A DNA stretch of 64,000 nucleotides from Thiohalospira sp. (GCA_046538755.1 JBKHIH010000008.1:15115-79114), one strand, 5' to 3'; shown: positions 20,525-29,790, counted from the stretch's first letter. The notes: a model not told the origin generated them from the sequence alone. Numbers and translations: made by a program.

Positions 20525-21523
20525 TTAAATTAATTTATAGATTACCACATCAATGATTAATCCTAACAAAAACAGCATTCCAAATGACCGATTAAAGACA
20601 AACGCTCTGTGAACCAAATACAAAGGCCATCCACGGCCTAATTCACCTTCAGGTGCTGTTTCAGGACGTTTTTTTGCCATCACTTTTGTTTCCCTAATGA
20701 ATTTAGGAATAGATAATAAAACCAATAAAATTGCAGGGCCTAACTGAGCTGTAACCACTAAATAAATAACTAAAGCATATTGCAAAACCCACAATCCGAT
20801 TACTGAATATCGTGATGCTTTTTCACCAATAATTACAGGTAAAGTTTTAATACCTTTGGCTTTATCTTCTTCCAGTTTATCGGTATGCTTACCCAGTAAA
20901 ACGGTTGTCGGTCCAAAAGCATATACAAGACTTACCAAAGCAACCCAGTTACTCCATTCACCACCCGAAACAACAAAATAAGTTCCGCCAATCATTAGTG
21001 GTCCCCAAACTAAGACAACAGAAATTTCTCCTAATCCAAAATACTTCAAAGGCCAGGTATAAAAAAGTAAAAAAAACAAACCGGGAATCAATACCCATAG
21101 TGTTTGTAATCCTACATGGTAAGTTATCATTAATCCTGCAAACAGTGCCAGTAATCCGGTTACCACAATAAAAGCAATAAATTTACCCTTCGTCATAAAG
21201 CCGTTTTCCAATGGATGTGGCCCATATTGTGCCCGGTAGTAATTATCTTTATCCACTCCTTTTTTATAGTCTACATAATCGTTTAGCAGATTATTAGTGG
21301 CATGTGCCAACACCAAACCAAAAAAGCTTAACACAAATATTGGCCATGAAAAATTTCCATCGCGATAAGCTAATAAACCGCCAATACCGGCAGCAATAGC
21401 TGTCATAATAAATACAGCGGCACGACTGGCAATAAGCCAGCGAGAAATTAAATCGTAACTATTCCACTCTTCTTTTGTAACTCTTGGAATTACCCGTAAA
21501 GCATTTATCCATATTTTAAACAT
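20525..21523 (-). CDS. UbiA/MenA-family prenyltransferase (1,4-dihydroxy-2-naphthoate prenyltransferase-like)
   Basis: Motifs NLLNDYVDYKKGVD, PLKYFGLGE and D..EDKAKGIKTL; multiple TM helices. Confidence 0.85.
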   Translation of the reverse strand: MFKIWINALRVIPRVTKEEWNSYDLISRWLIASRAAVFIMTAIAAGIGGLLAYRDGNFSWPIFVLSFFGLVLAHATNNLLNDYVDYKKGVDKDNYYRAQYGPHPLENGFMTKGKFIAFIVVTGLLALFAGLMITYHVGLQTLWVLIPGLFFLLFYTWPLKYFGLGEISVVLVWGPLMIGGTYFVVSGGEWSNWVALVSLVYAFGPTTVLLGKHTDKLEEDKAKGIKTLPVIIGEKASRYSVIGLWVLQYALVIYLVVTAQLGPAILLVLLSIPKFIRETKVMAKKRPETAPEGELGRGWPLYLVHRAFVFNRSFGMLFLLGLIIDVVIYKLI

Positions 21524-21702
21524 ATCTGATTATTTTATATTAAACATTATTTTATCTCTTGATTTGATAAACAATGAAAACCAGAAAATGTTAAAAGAAT
21601 TTAGGATTTGTTTATCTTTAAATAAGGCTACTTTTTAATGAATTGATTTTCAATGTTTTTTTCGTATAAAATTCATAAAAAATAGAATTTCTTATAAAAA
21701 TT

Positions 21703-21733
21703 TTTGATATTAAAAATCTTGTACGTATAATTG
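21703..21733 (+). promoter_or_regulatory. Putative Bacteroidota primary-sigma promoter of the his leader
   Basis: TTTG (21703-21706), a 19-nt spacer, then TATAATTG (21726-21733), one mismatch from the TAnnTTTG consensus. Confidence 0.55.
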
Positions 21734-21754
21734 CACAATCAAAACAGACAAAAA

Positions 21755-21832
21755 ATGAGTTTACAATTTGTACATACCGTTCATCATCACCATCATCATG
21801 CTGGTAATTGCAACGTATGCAAATTTTTGTAG
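21755..21832 (+). CDS. His attenuator leader peptide 1 (MSLQFVHTVHHHHHHAGNCNVCKFL)
   Basis: Hand translation gives 25 aa with 7 His (6 consecutive) and an A-rich start context (AAAAATG). It is followed by a terminator and lies upstream of hisG. Confidence 0.9.
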   Translation: MSLQFVHTVHHHHHHAGNCNVCKFL

Positions 21833-21855
21833 ATTCCTAAAAATATTTAACACAT

Positions 21856-21887
21856 AAAAGGGCTTGCAAATTTTGCAGGCCTTTTTT
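21856..21887 (+). terminator. His attenuator terminator 1
   Basis: AAAAG-GGCTTGCAA-ATT-TTGCAGGCC-TTTTTT. Confidence 0.85.
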
Positions 21888-21909
21888 CATTTAAACCCTA
21901 TTAAACATA

Positions 21910-21969
21910 TTGATTTTTTGGCTCCCTTTAGTCCCGAAAACTTTCGGGAGGGGCAAAACAAAAAATCAA
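21910..21969. repeat. Nested inverted repeat with a REP-like core between the two His attenuators
   Basis: Outer TTGATTTTTTG (21910-21920) pairs with CAAAAAATCAA (21959-21969). The inner core is TCCCGAAA-AC-TTTCGGGA (21932-21949). Confidence 0.65.
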
Positions 21970-21983
21970 ATAAAAGAAACATC

Positions 21984-22052
21984 ATGAACCAAAAACATCA
22001 TCATATCCATCATCATTCGAGTGAAAAACACACCCGGCGGAAGATACTATGA
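21984..22052 (+). CDS. His attenuator leader peptide 2 (MNQKHHHIHHHSSEKHTRRKIL)
   Basis: 22 aa with 7 His (HHHIHHH plus one more), followed by a second terminator just upstream of hisG. Confidence 0.88.
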   Translation: MNQKHHHIHHHSSEKHTRRKIL

Positions 22053-22081
22053 CTATATTTTAAGTTCTCAATAAGAAATTT

Positions 22082-22112
22082 AAAGGTCTGCAGTTCTCTG
22101 CAGGCCTTTTTT
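22082..22112 (+). terminator. His attenuator terminator 2
   Basis: AAAGGTCTGCAG-TTCT-CTGCAGGCCTTTTTT, ending 23 nt before the hisG ATG. Confidence 0.88.
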
Positions 22113-22135
22113 ATTTAACATAAATAATAAAGAAA

Positions 22136-22993
22136 ATGGAAAAATTAAAAATTGCAGTACAAAAATCGGGACGACTTAGTGAGAAGTCCATTCAATTATT
22201 GCAGGAATGCAACATTAAATTAACCAACGGAAACAGGAAACTCATATCGGTTTCGTCAAATTTCCCAATTGAAATTCTTTATTTACGCGACGATGATATC
22301 CCCCAATACATTTATGATGGAGTTGCAGATATTGGAATTGTGGGAGAAAACGAGATGCTCGAAAAAAACTACCCGCTAAACGTTTATCAGCGGCTTGGTT
22401 TTGCCAAATGCCGATTGTCGCTGGCCATTCCAAAATCAGAAAATTACGAATCGCTCACTTACTTCCAGAACAAAAAAATTGCCACCTCCTACCCTTCAAT
22501 TCTCCAAAGCTTTCTTGAAAAAAATAATATCGATGCCGAGATTCACCAAATAAGTGGTTCTGTTGAAATTTCTCCCAGTATCGGTTTAGCTGATGCTATT
22601 TTCGATATAGTAAGCTCTGGAAGTACTTTAATCAGTAATGGTTTAAAAGAAGTTGAGCAGGTAATTGAATCTGAAGCTGTGATGATTGGTAAAGAAAAGT
22701 TGAAACCTGAAAAACAAAACATCCTGGATCAGCTTATTTTCAGAATAAAAGCGGTTCAAAAGGCTAAGTCGAATAAATACATTCTGTTGAATGCTCCAAA
22801 TGAAAAGCTGAAAGAGATTATCGAAATTATTCCCGGAATGAAAAGTCCGACCATTATGCCATTGGTTGATGATAACTGGTGCTCATTGCACTCTGTTGTG
22901 AACGAAGAAAAGTTCTGGGAAGTAATCGACCGTTTGAAGTCCGCTGGAGCGCAGGGCATTTTAGTTATACCAATTGAAAAAATGATTCTATAA
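22136..22993 (+). CDS. hisG: ATP phosphoribosyltransferase (long form)
   Basis: Motifs IAVQKSGRL, LRDDDIP, IATSYP, DIVSSGSTL and terminal ILVIPIEKM. Confidence 0.97.
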   Translation: MEKLKIAVQKSGRLSEKSIQLLQECNIKLTNGNRKLISVSSNFPIEILYLRDDDIPQYIYDGVADIGIVGENEMLEKNYPLNVYQRLGFAKCRLSLAIPKSENYESLTYFQNKKIATSYPSILQSFLEKNNIDAEIHQISGSVEISPSIGLADAIFDIVSSGSTLISNGLKEVEQVIESEAVMIGKEKLKPEKQNILDQLIFRIKAVQKAKSNKYILLNAPNEKLKEIIEIIPGMKSPTIMPLVDDNWCSLHSVVNEEKFWEVIDRLKSAGAQGILVIPIEKMIL

Positions 22994-23003
22994 ACATTAA
23001 AAA

Positions 23004-24296
23004 ATGAAGATTTTAAAATATCCTAACGAAATTGAATTATCAGAAGCCTTAAAACGGCCTGTTTTTGAAATGGACAAACTGGAGAAATCAGTAAAGCAAA
23101 TTATAAAACAGGTCAGGCTCAAAGGTGATAATGCCTTATTGGAGCTCACCAGAAAATTTGATCAGGCGATTATTAATAAACTAGCCATTTCACAAGAATC
23201 AATCGGCCAGGCTGAAAAATTACTTACTCCTGATTTAAAAAATGCCATTCGCATTGCGTCCGAAAATATTGCTAAATTCCATAACGCACAAATACCACAA
23301 GAAATTAAAGTGGAAACCACAAAAGGAGTTATATGCTGGCAGAAGCCTGTATCTATTGAGAAAGTAGGTTTGTACATTCCGGGTGGTTCGGCTCCGCTGA
23401 TTTCTACTGTTTTAATGTTAGCGATCCCGGCACAACTGGCAGGTTGTAAGCAAATTGTACTGTGCACACCACCAGATAAAGACGGTAAAATTAATCCTGC
23501 TATCCTGTATGCAGCAAAAATTTCAGGTGTAACAGAAATCTATACTTGTGGCGGAGCACAAGCTATTGCAGCTATGGCTTATGGTACCGAATCCATTCCA
23601 AAAGTAGATAAGATTTTTGGACCGGGAAACCAGTTTGTAACTATGGCAAAACAAATCGTTTCTTCGCAAGGAATAGCCATTGATATGCCTGCAGGCCCAT
23701 CGGAAGTTATGATTCTGGCAGATGAAACCGCTAATCCCGAATTTATTGCTGCCGATTTACTTTCACAGGCTGAACACGGAGCTGACAGCCAGGTTATTCT
23801 TGTTACCGACAGTAATAAAATAGCTAATCAGACTTTGATTTGTTTAAACAATCAACTGGAAGCACTTCCCAGAAAGGATATTGCAATGCAATCGTTAAAA
23901 TCGGCAGCCATTTTGATTGTAAAAAATCAACAGGAAATGATTGAAATAAGCAACCGATATGCACCGGAACATCTTATTATTTCAACAATTAAAACGGATG
24001 AACTGGCACAACAGATTACACAGGCCGGGTCTGTTTTTCTGGAAAATTACACTCCAGAAAGCCTTGGAGATTATGCTTCAGGAACCAATCACACCCTACC
24101 AACTAACGGGTTTGCGCGGAGTTACAGTGGCCTGAATATGGATGCATTTTTCAAAAAAATAACATTTCAGAAAGCCACGAAAGAAGGACTGGAGATCATT
24201 GGCCCGTTCGTAGAGCAAATTGCCGAAGCAGAAGAGTTGCAGGCACATAAAAATGCAGTTAGTATTCGACTAAAAACATTAGAAAATGAAAACTAA
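23004..24296 (+). CDS. hisD: Histidinol dehydrogenase
   Basis: Motifs GLYIPGGSAPL, IDMPAGPSE, LSQAEH, YAPEHL and GDYASGTNHTLPT. Confidence 0.97.
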   Translation: MKILKYPNEIELSEALKRPVFEMDKLEKSVKQIIKQVRLKGDNALLELTRKFDQAIINKLAISQESIGQAEKLLTPDLKNAIRIASENIAKFHNAQIPQEIKVETTKGVICWQKPVSIEKVGLYIPGGSAPLISTVLMLAIPAQLAGCKQIVLCTPPDKDGKINPAILYAAKISGVTEIYTCGGAQAIAAMAYGTESIPKVDKIFGPGNQFVTMAKQIVSSQGIAIDMPAGPSEVMILADETANPEFIAADLLSQAEHGADSQVILVTDSNKIANQTLICLNNQLEALPRKDIAMQSLKSAAILIVKNQQEMIEISNRYAPEHLIISTIKTDELAQQITQAGSVFLENYTPESLGDYASGTNHTLPTNGFARSYSGLNMDAFFKKITFQKATKEGLEIIGPFVEQIAEAEELQAHKNAVSIRLKTLENEN

Positions 24297-25368
24297 AATT
24301 GATTTTGATATCAACAGGCTGGTTAGGCCTAATATTCTAAAATTAAGGCCTTACCATTCGGCTCGTGAGCAGATAAGCGATCAAGATGCTATTTTGCTCG
24401 ATGCCAACGAAAATCCATTTCCGGTTGGATATAACAGGTATCCGGATCCATTGCAACGAGACCTAAAAAAGAAAATCGCAAAACAAAAAAGTATTCCCGT
24501 TGAAAAAATCTTTTTAGGCAATGGCAGCGACGAAATCATTGATTTGTTGATACGTGCTTTCTGTATTCCGGGTAAAGATTCGATACTAATTAATGTGCCT
24601 ACATACGGAATGTACGAATTTTGCGCCAACATGAACGATGTAGAAGTTATTAAAGTTAAGCTTGATAAAGAATTTCAGATCAATTTATCGCAGGTTTTGA
24701 AAAACAGCCGGCAGGCTAAAATAATATTCATTTGCTCGCCAAACAATCCTTCCGGAAACCTGATGAAAAAGGAAACCATTTACGAATTACTTAACCTGTT
24801 CAATGGTTTAATTGTAATAGACGAAGCTTATATTGATTTTTCTGATGATGCCGGGTTTATGTCAGAAATTAAGAATTACCCAAACCTGATTGTATTGCAA
24901 ACCTTTTCAAAAGCCAGGGCAATGGCAGGGATCCGATTAGGAATGGCTTTTATGAATGCTAAAATCGTAAATATTTTAAATAAAATTAAATATCCTTACA
25001 ACATTAGCCTTCTAAATCAAAATGCAGCGTTAAAAGCCCTAGATGATGATTCTGTGAATTCGGGAATAAAAGCAATTCTGGAACAAAGAGAATGGTTAAT
25101 CTCTGAACTACAAAAAATCTCTATCGTCGAAAAGATTTGGCCTTCGAATGCAAATTTCCTGTTGGTTCAATTTCAAAATCATCAGGTAGTTTTTGAATTT
25201 CTAAAAAAAGAAGGAATTATTTTGCGCGACAGGTCTAACGAACCCAACTGCGAAGGCTGTTTACGCATTACGGTTGGAAAATCTCTTGAAAATCTAATGC
25301 TGATAACCGTTTTAAAGCATTTGGATAAAAATATTTCTGAATATAAAATTTTTGAATTACAGAAATAG
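24286..25368 (+). CDS. hisC: Histidinol-phosphate aminotransferase
   Basis: Motifs LDANENP, NRYPDP, GNGSDE, CSPNNPSG, DEAY and TFSKA. Confidence 0.96.
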   Translation: MKTKIDFDINRLVRPNILKLRPYHSAREQISDQDAILLDANENPFPVGYNRYPDPLQRDLKKKIAKQKSIPVEKIFLGNGSDEIIDLLIRAFCIPGKDSILINVPTYGMYEFCANMNDVEVIKVKLDKEFQINLSQVLKNSRQAKIIFICSPNNPSGNLMKKETIYELLNLFNGLIVIDEAYIDFSDDAGFMSEIKNYPNLIVLQTFSKARAMAGIRLGMAFMNAKIVNILNKIKYPYNISLLNQNAALKALDDDSVNSGIKAILEQREWLISELQKISIVEKIWPSNANFLLVQFQNHQVVFEFLKKEGIILRDRSNEPNCEGCLRITVGKSLENLMLITVLKHLDKNISEYKIFELQK

Positions 25369-25393
25369 TATTAATAAAAAACCATTAATGAAG

Positions 25394-25472
25394 CTTCGTG
25401 TTCTTTATGAATTTAGTAGTAAATTATTTTAACCACTAAGGACACTAAGGATATCACAAAGTAACACAAAGA
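25394..25472. repeat. Degenerate CAC(T/A)AAG short-repeat/inverted-repeat element in the hisC-hisB spacer
   Basis: AACCACTAAGGACACTAAGGATATCACAAAGTAACACAAAG, preceded by the loosely complementary CTTCGTGTTCTTTATGAATTTAGTAGTAAA. Confidence 0.5.
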
Positions 25473-25488
25473 CTTAATAACGAAAAAT

Positions 25489-26595
25489 ATGAAAAAAATA
25501 CTGTTTTTAGATCGTGACGGAACGATTATCAAAGAACCCGAAGATGAGCAAATAGATAGCCTGGAAAAACTGGAATTTATTCCGGGAGTATTCCGGGTTT
25601 TGTATCAGCTCATCAATCAATTTGATTACGAATTGGTTATGGTTTCAAACCAGGATGGTTTGGGTACCGGCTCCTATCCTACCGAATCGTTCAATTTGGT
25701 TCAGGAAAAACTAATAACCACCTTAAAAGGCGAAGGAATTGAATTTTCAGAAATACTTATTGATAATTCTTTTCCTTTGGATAAAAGCCCGAACCGAAAA
25801 CCCAATACGGGTATGGTAAAGAAATATCTAAACCCGGAATTGGATTATGAAAAATCTTTTGTTATTGGCGATCGCTTAACAGATTTGCAATTAGCACGTA
25901 ACATGAATCTTAAAGGAATTTTACTGGGTGAAAATAGTGATATAAACATTACCAATAATAAAACACTATTTAACTGTAAAACCTGGGATGAAATATTAGA
26001 TTTGATCAAAACAAATTCCAGGTCAGCGAATGTTGTGAGAAACACCAAAGAGACTCAAATTGAAATTCAGTTATCCTTAGACGGAGATGGAAAAACCGAT
26101 ATTTTTACCGGGCTGCGATTCTTTGACCACATGTTGGAGCAACTGGGCAAACACTCCGGCATGAATCTTTCAGTAAAAGTTAATGGCGATCTGGATATCG
26201 ACGAACACCACACCATTGAAGATTCTGCTATTGCCCTGGGAGAAGCATTCCTAAAAGCATTGGGAAACAAAAAAGGCATTGAACGTTACGGATTCACTTT
26301 GCCTATGGATGATTGCTTAGCGCAGGTGGCTATAGATTTTGGTGGCAGGCCATGGTTAGTATGGGATGCTGAATTTAAAAGAGAAAAAATTGGCGAAATG
26401 CCAACGGAAATGTTTTATCACTTTTTTAAATCATTTGCTGATGCTTCAAAATGCAACCTGAATATTAAAGTGGAAGGAAATAACGAACATCATAAAATAG
26501 AAAGCATTTTTAAAGCACTGGGAAGGGCAATAAAGATGGCTGTAAAGCAAGAAGAATATGCGTATACTACCCCATCAACAAAGGGCATGCTTTAA
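25489..26595 (+). CDS. hisB: Bifunctional histidinol-phosphatase / imidazoleglycerol-phosphate dehydratase
   Basis: HAD domain motifs DRDGT, NQDGLGT, RKP and GDR; IGPD motifs [14 protein letters not shown] and NEHHKIE. Confidence 0.97.
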   Translation: MKKILFLDRDGTIIKEPEDEQIDSLEKLEFIPGVFRVLYQLINQFDYELVMVSNQDGLGTGSYPTESFNLVQEKLITTLKGEGIEFSEILIDNSFPLDKSPNRKPNTGMVKKYLNPELDYEKSFVIGDRLTDLQLARNMNLKGILLGENSDINITNNKTLFNCKTWDEILDLIKTNSRSANVVRNTKETQIEIQLSLDGDGKTDIFTGLRFFDHMLEQLGKHSGMNLSVKVNGDLDIDEHHTIEDSAIALGEAFLKALGNKKGIERYGFTLPMDDCLAQVAIDFGGRPWLVWDAEFKREKIGEMPTEMFYHFFKSFADASKCNLNIKVEGNNEHHKIESIFKALGRAIKMAVKQEEYAYTTPSTKGML

Positions 26596-26651
26596 TAAGA
26601 GATTCATTTCGAGAGTCTTCCTAAAATTTTAAGCATAACACCCAAAAGAAT

Positions 26652-26727
26652 AGTCACTGCGAAAGAGCCTTGAAAGGGCGATTGAAGCAGTCTTTTTAAA
26701 GATTACATCGCTTCACTCGTAATGACT
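26652..26727. repeat. REP-like GTCA(C/T)TGCGA...TCG(C/T)AATGAC stem-loop element in the hisB-hisH spacer
   Basis: AGTCACTGCGA...GAAGCAGTCT...AGATTACATCGCTTCACTCGTAATGACT, with imperfect terminal and internal inverted repeats. Confidence 0.65.
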
Positions 26728-26770
26728 TATGTTATTATTGGGCAATGACAACAATAAAAACTAACTAATT

Positions 26771-27352
26771 ATGAAAATAGCAATCATAAAATACAATGCA
26801 GGAAATATACAGAGTGTCGCTTTTGCGTTGGAACGGCTGGGAATAAAACCGGCTATTACCGATGACCCTGAAATCATTCAGAAAGCCGACAAAGTAATAT
26901 TTCCCGGAGTTGGCGAAGCTTCGTCAACCATGAACTTCTTGCGCCAATCGAAACTCGATGTGCTTATTCCGGAATTGAAAAAACCCGTACTTGGAATCTG
27001 CCTTGGAATGCAATTGATGTGTAGTTTCTCAACAGAAGGAAACACTCCCTGCCTTGGGATTTTTGACGAAAAGGTGGAGAAATTCCCACCGGGCAATAAA
27101 GTTCCGCATGTTGGCTGGAACAGTATTAACAATCTGAAAAGCCCGTTATTTAAAGGTTTACCCGAAAACAGCTATGTATACTTTGTACACAGCTATTTCG
27201 TGAATCAGAGTTTATACGGCATTGCTGAATGCAATTATAATCAGACATTCAGTGCTGCTTTACAAAAAGATAACTTTTTCGCTACACAGTTTCACCCTGA
27301 GCGTAGTGGAAAAACAGGTGAAATTATTTTAAAAAATTTTATAGCGTTATGA
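26771..27352 (+). CDS. hisH: Imidazole glycerol phosphate synthase, glutaminase subunit
   Basis: Motifs FPGVG, GICLGMQ, VPHVGWN, YFVHSY and QFHPE. Confidence 0.97.
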   Translation: MKIAIIKYNAGNIQSVAFALERLGIKPAITDDPEIIQKADKVIFPGVGEASSTMNFLRQSKLDVLIPELKKPVLGICLGMQLMCSFSTEGNTPCLGIFDEKVEKFPPGNKVPHVGWNSINNLKSPLFKGLPENSYVYFVHSYFVNQSLYGIAECNYNQTFSAALQKDNFFATQFHPERSGKTGEIILKNFIAL

Positions 27353-28071
27353 TAGAAATAATACCAGCAATCGATTTAATAGATGGCCAGTGTGTTAGGC
27401 TGTCGCAGGGAAAATACAACCAAAAAACCGTGTATTCAAGTCAACCTGCACTTGTGGCAAAAGCATTCGAAAATCAGGGATATAAAAGATTACACCTGGT
27501 TGATCTGGATGGAGCTAAATCGTGCCAACCCGAAAACTTAAATGTTTTAAAAGAAATTTCTGCAACAACAAATTTAATTGTTGACTATAGTGGTGGAATA
27601 CGCACCAAAGAGCAGGTAAAAGATGTATTAAATGCAGGTGCTAGTTATGTTGGAATAGGAAGCTTAGCGATAAAAGAGCCGGAAACCTTTAAAAATATGA
27701 TTAAGAAATTTGGTTCTCAAATCTTCATTGTTGCATCGGATGTTTTAAACAACAAAATTTATATCAACGGATGGTTAAAAGAAACCAATATCAGAATTTT
27801 TGATCTGATTTCTGCTTATTCAGATTTGGGCATTACCAAATTCATGTGTACAGATATATCTCGCGATGGAATGCTTTCGGGCGTAAATATTGATTTATAT
27901 AAATCGCTAAAAGAATCTTTTCCGAAAAACTACATTATTGCCAGCGGCGGCGTAAGTTCTAAAAAAGACATTTACGATTTGGAAAAAGCCGGAATCGATG
28001 CCGTAATTGTGGGAAAAGCATTTTATGAAGATATTATTCCGATAGAAAATTTAACCCTAAAACAATGTTAG
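27349..28071 (+). CDS. hisA: ProFAR isomerase
   Basis: Motifs [29 protein letters not shown] and IASGGV. Confidence 0.96.
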   Translation: MIEIIPAIDLIDGQCVRLSQGKYNQKTVYSSQPALVAKAFENQGYKRLHLVDLDGAKSCQPENLNVLKEISATTNLIVDYSGGIRTKEQVKDVLNAGASYVGIGSLAIKEPETFKNMIKKFGSQIFIVASDVLNNKIYINGWLKETNIRIFDLISAYSDLGITKFMCTDISRDGMLSGVNIDLYKSLKESFPKNYIIASGGVSSKKDIYDLEKAGIDAVIVGKAFYEDIIPIENLTLKQC

Positions 28072-28820
28072 CAAAAAGAATAATTCCATGTCTGGATATT
28101 AAAGACGGGCAAACCGTAAAAGGTATTGAGTTTGAAAACCTGAAATCAGTTGGTGACCCGGTAGAACTGGGCAAATATTACAGCGATAACGGAGCTGACG
28201 AGCTGGTATTTCTGGATATTACCGCATCACACGAGAAGCGTAAAACACTAAGTAAGCTGGTTACCCGAATAGCTAAGGAAATAAATATTCCGTTTACTGT
28301 AGGTGGCGGTATTTCTAGTATCGACGATGCAGATGTGATTTTGTCTGCCGGTGCCGATAAAATTTCGGTTAATTCAGCTGCCATTAATAATCCTCAGCTT
28401 ATTAGCCAAATTGCTAATAAATTTGGAAGTCAATTTATTGTACTTGCCATTGATGCAAAACTGGAAAATGAAAAGTGGTTTGTTTACAAAAACGGTGGAA
28501 GAATAAAAACAGAGCTTGAGCTTTTTGATTGGGCTAAAAAAGCCGAATCGCTGGGTTGTGGTGAAATTTTATTTACATCAATGAACCACGACGGAACCAA
28601 AAATGGTTTTGCATTAGAACCTTTAAAATGGCTTTCCGGAAATTTAAACATCCCGGTAATTGCTTCGGGTGGTGCCGGCTCTGTAAAAGATTTTGAAGTT
28701 GTTTTTAAATACGCTAACGTAGAAGCTGCATTGGCGGCCAGTGTTTTCCATTATAAGGAGATTGAAATTCCCTGCTTAAAAAGAAAATTATCTTTAAATA
28801 ATATACCAATAAGAAATTAA
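28065..28820 (+). CDS. hisF: Imidazole glycerol phosphate synthase, cyclase subunit
   Basis: Motifs [30 protein letters not shown] and ASGGAG. Confidence 0.97.
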   Translation: MLAKRIIPCLDIKDGQTVKGIEFENLKSVGDPVELGKYYSDNGADELVFLDITASHEKRKTLSKLVTRIAKEINIPFTVGGGISSIDDADVILSAGADKISVNSAAINNPQLISQIANKFGSQFIVLAIDAKLENEKWFVYKNGGRIKTELELFDWAKKAESLGCGEILFTSMNHDGTKNGFALEPLKWLSGNLNIPVIASGGAGSVKDFEVVFKYANVEAALAASVFHYKEIEIPCLKRKLSLNNIPIRN

Positions 28821-28831
28821 TTAACTCATAC

Positions 28832-28863
28832 TTCGACATCCCGATAGCTATCGGGATGTCGAA
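28832..28863. repeat. Perfect 32-bp palindrome with a TCCCGATAGCTATCGGGA REP-like core
   Basis: TTCGACATCCCGATAG|CTATCGGGATGTCGAA is its own reverse complement. Confidence 0.85.
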
Positions 28864-28885
28864 ATGTGCAAACATATAATATTCT

Positions 28886-29473
28886 ATGAATTTAAATTTT
28901 AACAAATTAAACGGGCTTGTACCAGCCATCATTCAGAATTATAATACAAAAGAAGTATTAATGCTCGGGTTTATGAACCGGGAAGCCTACGAAAAAACTA
29001 TAGAAAAAAAACTGGTTACCTTTTACAGCCGTACTCGTAACGAATTGTGGACCAAAGGCGAAACCAGCGGCAATTATCTAAACGTAAAAGAAATTATAAC
29101 AGATTGTGATAATGATACTTTACTGATTTTAGCTGAACCTACAGGACCGGTATGCCATACTGGAAGTAAAACCTGCTTTGCAAATCAAAATGTAAGCTTT
29201 GATTTAAATTATTTGCAGCAGGTAATCGATAAGCGTAAAATGGAAATGCCCGAAGGCTCTTATACAACCAAATTATTTACCAAAGGGATTAACAAAATTG
29301 CACAAAAAGTAGGCGAAGAAGCTGTGGAATTAATCATCGAAGCAAAAGATAACAATGACGAATTATTCCTGAACGAAGCCGCAGATTTGGTTTATCATCT
29401 GTTGGTTTTATTATCAGCGAAAGGTTTTAAACTAAATGATGTAATACAAATTTTAGAAAAAAGACACAAATAA
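28886..29473 (+). CDS. hisI: Bifunctional phosphoribosyl-AMP cyclohydrolase / phosphoribosyl-ATP pyrophosphatase (HisIE)
   Basis: Motifs LWTKGETSGN, DCDND, GPVCHTG, SYT and KVGEEAVE, EAADL. Confidence 0.97.
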   Translation: MNLNFNKLNGLVPAIIQNYNTKEVLMLGFMNREAYEKTIEKKLVTFYSRTRNELWTKGETSGNYLNVKEIITDCDNDTLLILAEPTGPVCHTGSKTCFANQNVSFDLNYLQQVIDKRKMEMPEGSYTTKLFTKGINKIAQKVGEEAVELIIEAKDNNDELFLNEAADLVYHLLVLLSAKGFKLNDVIQILEKRHK

Positions 29474-29482
29474 ATATATCTT

Positions 29483-29515
29483 CTTGTCTTATTTTTAAAA
29501 ATATTTCTATATTTG
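29483..29515 (+). promoter_or_regulatory. Putative Bacteroidota primary-sigma promoter of the Phe/Tyr leader
   Basis: CTTG (29483-29486), a 21-nt spacer, then TATATTTG (29508-29515), an exact TAnnTTTG match. Confidence 0.65.
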
Positions 29516-29534
29516 TCAAATATAAAGTCAAAAA

Positions 29535-29588
29535 ATGAGCAAACAATTTTCTGCATACTATTATTTCTACTTTTATTTTTTACAATAA
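29535..29588 (+). CDS. Tyr/Phe attenuator leader peptide 1 (MSKQFSAYYYFYFYFLQ)
   Basis: 17 aa with 8 consecutive Tyr/Phe codons. GGCAGGA (29590-29596) is complementary to the terminator 5' arm TCCTGCC (29635-29641). Confidence 0.9.
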   Translation: MSKQFSAYYYFYFYFLQ

Positions 29589-29629
29589 AGGCAGGATAAT
29601 TATGTAGATTATTAAAAAAAATATTACAG

Positions 29630-29659
29630 AAAGGTCCTGCCGCAAGCAGGGCCTTTTTT
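29630..29659 (+). terminator. Tyr/Phe attenuator terminator 1
   Basis: AAAGGTCCTGC-CGCAA-GCAGGGCCTTTTTT. Confidence 0.88.
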
Positions 29660-29677
29660 ATTTAAATTGATTCAGTA

Positions 29678-29767
29678 ATGAAATTACAAAGCATCGAGAC
29701 TAACGCATATTTTTTCTTTTACTATTATTATTTCCATAATAGGCCGGGACAGCTATGTTTAAACTGA
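29678..29767 (+). CDS. Tyr/Phe attenuator leader peptide 2 (MKLQSIETNAYFFFYYYYFHNRPGQLCLN)
   Basis: 29 aa with 9 consecutive Tyr/Phe codons. CCGGGAC (29744-29750) is complementary to the terminator arm GTCCCGG (29795-29801). Confidence 0.9.
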   Translation: MKLQSIETNAYFFFYYYYFHNRPGQLCLN

Positions 29768-29790
29768 AAGTATAAAAACAATTAATAACC

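Noticed and set aside
21809-21820. CxxC motif in His leader 1 as a functional metal site
   Set aside because: The TGC-containing codons resemble the terminator arms (TGCAAATTT), so RNA pairing constraints explain them more simply.
21864-22052. 62-aa His-rich ORF from the track as a metal-binding protein
   Set aside because: Its TTG start lies inside terminator 1. The ATG at 21984 gives a typical short leader peptide.
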